Shown piece after piece: positions 1 through 7,180 of a DNA stretch of 44,522 nt. The DNA is from a virus. The notes under the pieces are model-generated. The model was given only the letters and a program-made list of their open reading frames with translations, was not told the origin of the DNA and ran no database searches. Numbering within the stretch: position 1 is the stretch's first letter; the number at the start of each line of letters is the position of its first letter. The stretch lies in UHGV virus genome UHGV-0217460; one strand, given 5' to 3'. A program made the translations under genes and the position numbers.

Positions 1-513
1 ACGGTCATTACCGTAAAAGGAAAAGCTGTAAGAAAAGAGACAGCGAAGAACAACACGAGAAAACGCAAACACAAAATACCGGCTTATATAAAAGGTCTGA
101 TCGACAAGGTTCCTGGCGATGTACTGGTGCCGATGACTGATGTTTCATTGCACCACCGCTGGAAACGCTTACAAAAAAGCTACGGTATAAAAGACCCTAT
201 CACGTTTCACGACCTCAGACATCTTAATGCCTCAGTAATGGCCCTGCTGCAAATACCGGATAAATACGCTCAGGAGCGCGGTGGCTGGAAGTCGGATGCT
301 GTCATGAAAAAGATCTACATGCAGACATTTTCGTCGGAGCGGCAAAAGGTTGATGATAAAATTGACAGCTACTTTGAGAGCATCGTGGGAACCGAAAAAA
401 GCGAAAAAGAATCCATAAAAGAAGTTGTGAACCGGCTGAAAAAAGAAGATCCAGAGGGATGGAAAAAAGCCATTTTAGAAGCTATGCAACACGAAATGCA
501 ACACGCGCAATAA
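1..513 (+). CDS. Tyrosine recombinase/integrase, C-terminal catalytic part (5' end cut by window), belongs to a neighbouring element
   Basis: Open frame from nt 1 with no upstream stop. Motifs HDLRH...GGW...KIYMQ are typical of the phage integrase catalytic domain. It lies left of the putative att fragment. Confidence 0.75.
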   Translation, partial: TVITVKGKAVRKETAKNNTRKRKHKIPAYIKGLIDKVPGDVLVPMTDVSLHHRWKRLQKSYGIKDPITFHDLRHLNASVMALLQIPDKYAQERGGWKSDAVMKKIYMQTFSSERQKVDDKIDSYFESIVGTEKSEKESIKEVVNRLKKEDPEGWKKAILEAMQHEMQHAQ

Positions 514-538
514 AAAATGGCTTAAATAAGCCATTTTT
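514..538 (+). terminator. Rho-independent terminator after integrase gene
   Basis: Hairpin aaatggctt/aagccattt followed by a T-run, immediately after the stop at 513. Confidence 0.55.
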
Positions 539-540
539 CA

Positions 541-566
541 AGAGCAGACAACGGGAATCGAACCCG
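541..566 (-). other. tRNA 3'-end fragment (T-arm plus acceptor 3' strand), putative att core
   Basis: Reverse complement reads CGGGTTCGATTCCCGTTGTCTGCT, i.e. a T-stem/TTCGATT loop plus the acceptor 3' strand. No matching 5' half is present. Confidence 0.45.
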
Positions 567-569
567 TTA

Positions 570-631
570 AAGTAAAAACTCACAAACCCGCGAAAACACT
601 GAAATCTAGCATTTATGCGGGTTTGTGAGTT
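570..631 (-). terminator. Long hairpin with T-run on minus strand (terminator of lysis operon or att-associated structure)
   Basis: Perfect 15-bp inverted repeat aactcacaaacccgc/gcgggtttgtgagtt (577-591, 617-631). It is followed on the minus strand by TTTTT. Confidence 0.45.
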
Positions 632-686
632 ATAAATATTTATCACTTGCTCTATAAATATATCACAAATAATGTATTTTTGCTTT

Positions 687-710
687 CTATGCAACACGAA
701 ATGCAACACG
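687..710. repeat. 24-bp perfect direct repeat of the integrase 3' end (partner copy at 482-505)
   Basis: ctatgcaacacgaaatgcaacacg occurs at 482-505 (inside the integrase stop region) and again at 687-710, bracketing the tRNA fragment and hairpin. Confidence 0.7.
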
Positions 711-923
711 ACTACTGCAATGGAAACTTTCATTAATTATAAGCAACATTCAAATAGCAAGTACCGGAATCAGTAAAGGCTTCTCTTTTATCATTTCTGC
801 CATAGCCCAGTCATTGACCTGTATTTCCAAAATACTCTCATTTTTCTTACACCAAGCTTCCAACCGGTTCAGCAAAATTTCTTTTATTGTTTCTACCACC
901 CCAGAAAGTACAGAAAATGAGTG

Positions 924-1703
924 CTATTTGGCAATGCCTGGATAATGAAGGACCCCGTCCTGATCAGGAGTAAGTACTACTGGTTCAGTTGCCATGCGAC
1001 CGTCCTGATTCAGGTAGTACCACTTGCCATTGATTGTCTGTAAGCCCTTTAGCATGGCACCGTCGGAGCCGAGATAGTACCAAGACCCTTTGTATTGATA
1101 CCAGACGTCATGAACCATCATTCCAGCACCGTCAAACCAGTACCATAGATTTCCGTCTTTGTACCAGTCATTGGAAACATACTTCCCAGATCCGTCTTTT
1201 AAATAGAAGCGCCAGCCGCCATTTTCCTGCTGCCAGCCTTCTATGATCTTCGGATTTTCCACGGCTGACCAGGTTTTCATAAACTCTTCCGGAGTTTTAT
1301 AAAGCTTTTTAATCCCACTGGTACCACTTCCCCAGTCTGGAAGTTGAAAATGTGGTTTATCTACAATACTCTTCCAGTTTCCACCCCATTCCAAGCCGAT
1401 GGATGTGCCGATCACGCCAACCTTGCTAAAAAATCCATCTGAATCATAATAGGCGCCGCGGCCATCTGCACGATAAATGTCGAAGGCTGTACCCCACTGG
1501 TGATAACTGCTGTAACTGCTGCCTGGGGCATTGGTCACGATATTTCCCGGTTTTGTACGCCCCTGAGCATATAAATCATCTTGCTCTGCTTTTGTCCTGA
1601 GAGTTTCCCCGATTTTGATCTGCAAGCCTTTGGCGGCACACTTGGAAATCAATTCTGTTGCCAGCTTCTGTAAACGTGGATGGCATAAAGTAATATCTCT
1701 CAT
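924..1703 (-). CDS. Endolysin: N-terminal M15 (VanY/L-Ala-D-Glu type) zinc peptidase with C-terminal CW_binding_1 (YG/choline-binding-like) repeats
   Basis: Motifs SSYHQWGTAFD and DKPHFQ match M15 peptidases. Four ~20-aa repeats rich in GxWYY/W-Y. ATG at 1703 with a weak RBS (an in-frame GTG at 1724 is an alternative start). Confidence 0.8.
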   Translation of the reverse strand: MRDITLCHPRLQKLATELISKCAAKGLQIKIGETLRTKAEQDDLYAQGRTKPGNIVTNAPGSSYSSYHQWGTAFDIYRADGRGAYYDSDGFFSKVGVIGTSIGLEWGGNWKSIVDKPHFQLPDWGSGTSGIKKLYKTPEEFMKTWSAVENPKIIEGWQQENGGWRFYLKDGSGKYVSNDWYKDGNLWYWFDGAGMMVHDVWYQYKGSWYYLGSDGAMLKGLQTINGKWYYLNQDGRMATEPVVLTPDQDGVLHYPGIAK

Positions 1704-1733
1704 AATTTCGCCTTTCTTTTGCACCGGTGAAAC

Positions 1734-1865
1734 TTAGTATTTTTCTCCGGTCAACTCCTGATACTCTTCTTCTGTCAGTTTTCCAGCCTGTACCAAAGTT
1801 CTAAGTCTATCTTTGTCCCAATATTTTGGATAGTATTTTTCAGCCAGATTCTTTACACTTAACAT
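1734..1865 (-). CDS. XkdX-family small phage protein (43 aa)
   Basis: Unlisted ORF MLSVKNLAEKYYPKYWDKDRLRTLVQAGKLTEEEYQELTGEKY with RBS AAGGAGG. Size and the ELTGE tail are typical of XkdX proteins that precede lysis genes. Confidence 0.55.
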   Translation of the reverse strand: MLSVKNLAEKYYPKYWDKDRLRTLVQAGKLTEEEYQELTGEKY

Positions 1866-1877
1866 ATGCGCTCCTCC

Positions 1878-2288
1878 TTATAAATCGGTTCCTGTCATTA
1901 CAGCCAAAAAGTCTATGTCAGCTCTATTGTGTTTAACCTGTTCTGTCACTCCTGGTTGGGACAGAATCAGTGTTACAGCCCTGCCCATTACAGCTTCAGC
2001 TTTTACGCTGCCATCATCATTATAAGTTGCGGGTTGCACCTGTGCATTGTCATCTACACTCTTGGGATTTCCCAAAGCAGTATAACCATCATACACGGCT
2101 AATGTCTCCCCAGTGCCATTGATGATTTTTATCTGATCCGTGTTGGAAGCGTTGGAGAAAATAGTGATCAGATCTTCAAGGTTGTCATCCGACAAAAATG
2201 TCAACTTAAGGCTGTCGCTAAACGCATCAAGCCCGTTTACTACTAAATCAAATTCTTTTTCATTTTTTAACTTGATTTTTTCGTTCAT
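1878..2288 (-). CDS. Hypothetical phage tail-associated protein (XkdW-like position)
   Basis: ORF with RBS AAAGGA, placed between the tail fibre genes and the XkdX-like gene. Confidence 0.45.
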   Translation of the reverse strand: MNEKIKLKNEKEFDLVVNGLDAFSDSLKLTFLSDDNLEDLITIFSNASNTDQIKIINGTGETLAVYDGYTALGNPKSVDDNAQVQPATYNDDGSVKAEAVMGRAVTLILSQPGVTEQVKHNRADIDFLAVMTGTDL

Positions 2289-2433
2289 TCTTTTTTCCTT
2301 TCTTTTTCTTTTGTTTTTTTTACTTAATATATGCGATTTTTCTGTTTCTATTACTCAACTAAATAGTAATTTATCAGATATACTATTAAGGACATTTAAT
2401 GCCTTAGAAATTTCTTTATCATCTGGCATAATA

Positions 2434-2751
2434 TCAATCATCACGTACCACCATATATATTAAAAATGAATTTTCTATTGAGGAAAGTTCGCTATGGCAG
2501 AGTTCACATTCAAAAGTTTCTGGTAACTCATTAAACAAACGTACTGTCCCCATAGATTTTTGGCAATTACTACAATATAATTCATAATAACTTTGCAAAA
2601 TTCCTTGCTTTTCCAATTCAGATAAAAAATCATAGATTTCAGGAATAGATAAGGAAAATTTTCTTTTCAAAACGCCAGGATAAATCCACATATTTTTTCT
2701 ATAATTCTTGAAAAAATTAGTTAAGGCAATGCTATCTATATTTTTATTCAT
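2434..2751 (-). CDS. Hypothetical Zn-ribbon protein in AT-rich moron (alternative starts at 2769 or 2799)
   Basis: CSNC...CELC pair. Very low GC compared with the flanks. The start at 2751 lies 2 nt after the upstream gene's stop. Confidence 0.45.
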   Translation of the reverse strand: MNKNIDSIALTNFFKNYRKNMWIYPGVLKRKFSLSIPEIYDFLSELEKQGILQSYYELYCSNCQKSMGTVRLFNELPETFECELCHSELSSIENSFLIYMVVRDD

Positions 2752-2971
2752 TTTGCGTTGTATCGTCATTTCTATGATTGACAATGTATTCGATAACATA
2801 ATTCATTCGCTCCATTCCAATTAGCACATTACTATAGTAATATTGTATTAAGCAATAAGATTTATTCATGTAATTGAAAACGAACTTAACACGGTTACTT
2901 CGTGTTTTTATTTCGTTTTCCCATAATAATTCAATCCAAGGATAATCGGACATTTCTTCCATTTCAAACAT
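2744..2971 (-). CDS. Hypothetical protein in AT-rich moron
   Basis: 75-aa ORF, AT-rich, co-oriented and adjacent to the Zn-ribbon ORF. Confidence 0.4.
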   Translation of the reverse strand: MFEMEEMSDYPWIELLWENEIKTRSNRVKFVFNYMNKSYCLIQYYYSNVLIGMERMNYVIEYIVNHRNDDTTQNE

Positions 2972-3042
2972 AAATTGTTCTAAGGCTTCTCTGAAATCAG
3001 GTACTTTCTCTAATTCAGCCTGATTGTCATTTTCGGTAATAA

Positions 3043-3774
3043 TTACCTATACCACATTTTTAATTGCGATGTGGCAGTATAGTCGTGTCCTGAAATTTTG
3101 AGGGAATACAAATAGGCATTGTATTTATTAATTCTAAAAAAAGCAAGATAAGTTTGTTGATCATTTGCCCCATATCCACCATTCAGAAAATCCTGATATA
3201 CGTCACCTAGTATGTAAACAGGAACTAATAACGATAATGTAGTATCACCAGTATTAATAACGGACGATTTTGTAACTGTAACAAATATTTCGCAAGCATC
3301 AGATGGTATATTTATAGTAGATGACCCAATAACATCTGCAACATATTTCCATTCTAAATTACTATTTAGCTGATCAAGTTTCTGCCCCATAGCATAGGCC
3401 AGTGCCGCAGAAACACCTTTAGTCGCATCATTGGTCTGTACGCTTACCAGATCGCTGATCTTAAGCAACTTAGTAGCAGCCTGATCTACTACCCAGTTTA
3501 TCAAATCCTGTGCAGAAACTGTACCGCCCACTTCTCCCAGCACTCCGCTGGTATCCTCTGCCTGCACTGATTCCAGGGCTGTAGGGTTAAAGCCTTTAGC
3601 CATCAGCTGATAATTAATGTGATCATCTGTAGGTGTGATGCCTTGTACAGTCTTCAAGGTAATATACGTACTGTTTTCATACATTACCATTGTAAGTTGT
3701 TCATATGCTGTTTCCGGATTGTATTCTCCACCATTGGTAAGCATCCACTTACCAAGATCTGTTGTGCTTGCCAC
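3043..3774 (-). CDS. Phage tail fibre/receptor-binding associated protein
   Basis: 243-aa ORF in the tail module. Its start overlaps the upstream stop (ATGA). Confidence 0.45.
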   Translation of the reverse strand: MASTTDLGKWMLTNGGEYNPETAYEQLTMVMYENSTYITLKTVQGITPTDDHINYQLMAKGFNPTALESVQAEDTSGVLGEVGGTVSAQDLINWVVDQAATKLLKISDLVSVQTNDATKGVSAALAYAMGQKLDQLNSNLEWKYVADVIGSSTINIPSDACEIFVTVTKSSVINTGDTTLSLLVPVYILGDVYQDFLNGGYGANDQQTYLAFFRINKYNAYLYSLKISGHDYTATSQLKMWYR

Positions 3775-4544
3775 TATGCCACCTCCACTAATACATGGTT
3801 ATTTTCAACTTTAACTGTTACTGTTTTTCCTTGTTTGCACATCAAATGCCCTGTTGATGCATCCAGATAAAACTCCGGTAAGATCAGATTTGCATATGTC
3901 CCAGCCTTTTCAGCTTCTTCTTTCGCCTTTTCGCTATAATATTTGCTGTTATCAGTATCTTCCCCTGTTCTGGAACCAGTACCACCCACAGCATAGCTTA
4001 TAGATGATTTATTATATGCCTCTGCCTCTTGCGCTGCTGTCTGAGCATCAAGCATATACTGCCGTAAAGTCTTCTGCAATGTAGGCTCTAGCTTATCTGC
4101 TGTTATTGACCCGTCTACCACATTTGCAGATATAGTCGTTCCATCCAGGTTCATTGCAATAGTCGCTGTACTGGAAACGTTATAAACAAAACGCTGGAAG
4201 CTGATCTTCTTTATGGTTCCGTCCTGCTGGACCAGTACGAGATTACCGTCTTCGTCCAGATCAAGCTTCGTTGGCATCATCTCAATAGGAAAATCTACCG
4301 TTTCTACAGTGCCATCCTTATGTGTTACAGTTACAATCCAAGTGGATGTGTCAACTTCCCATCCAGTTATAAATTTGGCCGCATCCGATGCTTCCAGTTT
4401 GTCCTGGGATAGGCCAAGGATATATTGCGCACATTGCAGGATACCATTATCCATATGGCGCAGATTTGTCTTGCCAACTGGTGTGGATGTGTCCGGGTAG
4501 TTCACCCAGCCTATAATGCTATAAAACAGCTCACTCAGCTTCAT
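3774..4544 (-). CDS. Phage tail fibre protein
   Basis: Start MKLSELFY with RBS AGGAAG (the TTG at 4607 is unlikely). Coiled-coil segment QYMLDAQTAAQEAEAY is typical of fibres. Confidence 0.5.
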   Translation of the reverse strand: MKLSELFYSIIGWVNYPDTSTPVGKTNLRHMDNGILQCAQYILGLSQDKLEASDAAKFITGWEVDTSTWIVTVTHKDGTVETVDFPIEMMPTKLDLDEDGNLVLVQQDGTIKKISFQRFVYNVSSTATIAMNLDGTTISANVVDGSITADKLEPTLQKTLRQYMLDAQTAAQEAEAYNKSSISYAVGGTGSRTGEDTDNSKYYSEKAKEEAEKAGTYANLILPEFYLDASTGHLMCKQGKTVTVKVENNHVLVEVA

Positions 4545-4722
4545 TCTTTGCTTCCTTTCCGGACTGCTGTGGTTTTTCCGGGATTTCTTTAACGATTCCA
4601 CTGTCAAGGATAGCCGCAGCCTGTGCCATAAACTTTATATTGTCAAATCCTTTTACAGCCACCATATTAAGTAGTGCTGTTAAAAGCTGGATATCCTCTT
4701 TTTTGTACTCTACCTTAGCCAT
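4531..4722 (-). CDS. Small hypothetical tail-module protein
   Basis: ATG at 4722 with RBS GGAGG. Overlaps its neighbours by a few nt. Confidence 0.35.
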   Translation of the reverse strand: MAKVEYKKEDIQLLTALLNMVAVKGFDNIKFMAQAAAILDSGIVKEIPEKPQQSGKEAKNEAE

Positions 4723-6742
4723 GATCAACCTCCACTCTCCGCAGGATAAATTGCAATGCCTTTACTATCACCGGGATGTAATTTATGTACGGGATGGAAT
4801 AATATTTACCATTTTTAGTATACAATGGCATTTCCGTGCCCAGATCTGCACACATTTTTTTTACTTCCTGTGCAATAAATCCCAGGCTTTCCGCATCGTT
4901 TACATTCAGTGCATAGGCTACCGGCCGCAGCCCTTTTATCACTTCTACAGCAAGCTTTTCATGAACATCTCTGATGTCATGTTTTAATCTTATGTCTGAC
5001 CAGGTTTCCCCAGCCATTGATGAATAAACGCTTACACAGCTTATTCGATTAGCATCGATATTTTGGCAGTTAATCGCTCCTGAAAAATCCGCTCCTGAAT
5101 TAAATACCGCATTACCTCCAACTTCCAGATGGTTTGTGTAAATCGTACTCGCACCGATGGAACTTGTATTTGCAGTTCCATCAATTTCTGCACCGGTAAT
5201 CTTCAGTTTTCCATTTGCCAATATAATACTTCCATCATTGGTTTTAAAACTGTTCGCCACCACATCACCTGTAAATGATCCGCTGCTTGCTGTCAGTTTA
5301 CCATCTGCCGTCATAGAGGAATATGTAGAACTCCAGCTAAAACGATTCCCTTTTATGCTGATCCCACCGGTTTCCACCGAAAGCTGATTTGATACGTCTC
5401 CCTGGCTAACTTTCAGTTCAATCTTATCACTGACTACGTTAATCGCTGATCTCAGTTCTGCTTCCTGACCGGTAGCTCTCGTAACTTCCAGGGAAATCTG
5501 ATTAGCCATCTGGGTAAACTTGGAATTAGTTCCCTCTTCCAGATTGGTAAGTTCATTTGATATTTCTTCTACAGATCGCTTAAGGATAGCAGATAAGCCT
5601 TTTATCTGTATCAATTCACTTTCAATGCTAAAAGGTCTTGATAATTCCTGACTTCCAGTGCTTTCATAGCTGTCCATAGCTCCCTGAATGCCCGTAAAGG
5701 TTCTTTTCATCACAAGGGTATTAACTATCCCGTCTGTAGTCTCCAGACTGATCCTATCCCCTATTTCAATCCACGGGGAACCGTTTGTAGATATGGTTGC
5801 GGGCTGGTATTCCAGACCGTTTACGACGTTTTTAATGTTATTGGCAATTCCTATCATCTCTGATGTGGTCTTGCCATATACCAGCATGTTTCCTTCAATG
5901 ATATAAACATTTTGACCGTCTCCTGTGCTGGTTCCGCCTATGTCCCCTTCTTCCTGACGGATCTGTACGGTATCTATATCTGGAACTGTGTACTCTTCAC
6001 TCTCGGCATTCTGATAGATTGTAATCCGCGCGGATATATCCTCTTTTTCCGGAAGTGCGATATACCGCAGTTCCCCGTTCTTATTGATGTTTCCAAATAC
6101 TCCATTGATCTGGCAGATCTGCTGCAGTACTTCCCGCCCTTTCAAAGCTGTAGGATTTATGGTCTTTTCTACCTGCATTTCATCATTAACAAGAACTGCA
6201 TTTTCTTCCCGCACACCTACAAATGAACAGAGTGATTTACGAAATGCTTTTAATGTCATTGGAAAACTCAATGCATTATACCAACCGGACACATCTACAT
6301 CAAAACGCTGCATCCTATCATAGGCTATTATCTTTCTGGTATTCTTGTCTTCCTGCTTGGGTGTAGACTCTACTTTAAACAAGCCCAGGATCATGTTATA
6401 GCCACCAAATGACTCTGTAGCCATAAATTCGCGGCCTGAAATACTCTGGGTCAGTCCCGTTACTGTGATTTCAAACTGGGATGCCTCACACGATCCAAAG
6501 CTTAGATCTTCGTCTGAACACAGGCTTTCTGTAATGGCAAGGGAATCTGTTACTATCTGATCATCTTCTATGGAAAAATCCACAGCGTCCGCAGACATTT
6601 CAGAAGGATATAAATCCTCTGAAGGATATAGTGTTTCAGACGGGTATAGAGCATGATATTCTTCTTTAAAAAAAGTCAGCTTAAGACTTTTTCCACCATA
6701 TTCGTTAAACAGGTCTTTATAAACCTGATCGATCTCTATCAT
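4715..6742 (-). CDS. Tail fibre/spike protein with C-terminal peptidase S74 intramolecular chaperone (auto-processing) domain
   Basis: C-terminal segment SDIRLKHDI...LGFIAQEVKK...YSIPY matches the chaperone-of-endosialidase domain. RBS AAGGAG. Confidence 0.7.
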   Translation of the reverse strand: MIEIDQVYKDLFNEYGGKSLKLTFFKEEYHALYPSETLYPSEDLYPSEMSADAVDFSIEDDQIVTDSLAITESLCSDEDLSFGSCEASQFEITVTGLTQSISGREFMATESFGGYNMILGLFKVESTPKQEDKNTRKIIAYDRMQRFDVDVSGWYNALSFPMTLKAFRKSLCSFVGVREENAVLVNDEMQVEKTINPTALKGREVLQQICQINGVFGNINKNGELRYIALPEKEDISARITIYQNAESEEYTVPDIDTVQIRQEEGDIGGTSTGDGQNVYIIEGNMLVYGKTTSEMIGIANNIKNVVNGLEYQPATISTNGSPWIEIGDRISLETTDGIVNTLVMKRTFTGIQGAMDSYESTGSQELSRPFSIESELIQIKGLSAILKRSVEEISNELTNLEEGTNSKFTQMANQISLEVTRATGQEAELRSAINVVSDKIELKVSQGDVSNQLSVETGGISIKGNRFSWSSTYSSMTADGKLTASSGSFTGDVVANSFKTNDGSIILANGKLKITGAEIDGTANTSSIGASTIYTNHLEVGGNAVFNSGADFSGAINCQNIDANRISCVSVYSSMAGETWSDIRLKHDIRDVHEKLAVEVIKGLRPVAYALNVNDAESLGFIAQEVKKMCADLGTEMPLYTKNGKYYSIPYINYIPVIVKALQFILRRVEVDHG

Positions 6743-6754
6743 CTGCTCCGCTCC

Positions 6755-7168
6755 TTAATACTGGATCATTTCAATGGTTACTTTCTCATAGTACATTTCA
6801 CCGATGTCATTGTCTGCTATGTGGTCAATAGCAAACTCTGTATCTGGGATATAAAAAGAACCGGTGCCATATACACATGTATCTAAATTCCAGTAGGTCA
6901 CTCTGTACTTCTTTTGGGTAGCATCCTGCAGACCATTGGACTTAATGGAATTAAACAAATCCTTTTCTCTCTGGGATAATGGTCTCAATTCCAGATTGAG
7001 AGTCGTTTTGAAATTAGGAGAGGTCACCCTCTGCAAGGACTCATTATTATCTCTCCAGGCCTTTTTCTCTATTCGCTGGTCCGGTGTTGACCTGTACCGG
7101 GTAAGAAAGCTGTTTGGAAGCTGTGTATTTCCAAACATTACCAAATAGCCTTTATAATCTGCCTGCAT
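6755..7168 (-). CDS. Hypothetical tail protein (distal tail region)
   Basis: 137-aa ORF immediately downstream of the tape measure gene. Confidence 0.4.
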   Translation of the reverse strand: MQADYKGYLVMFGNTQLPNSFLTRYRSTPDQRIEKKAWRDNNESLQRVTSPNFKTTLNLELRPLSQREKDLFNSIKSNGLQDATQKKYRVTYWNLDTCVYGTGSFYIPDTEFAIDHIADNDIGEMYYEKVTIEMIQY

Positions 7169-7180
7169 ACCTTACACCTC

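Noticed and set aside
541-631. Complete tRNA gene at the left junction
   Set aside because: Only the T-arm and 3' acceptor strand are present. The region upstream on the minus strand has no complementary 5' acceptor, D-arm or anticodon arm. It was therefore called an att-associated fragment.
530-733. Open reading frame across the att fragment ending MQHEMQHDYCNGNFH
   Set aside because: There is no start codon until the last 15 codons. It was interpreted as a non-coding remnant carrying the 24-bp repeat, not a gene.
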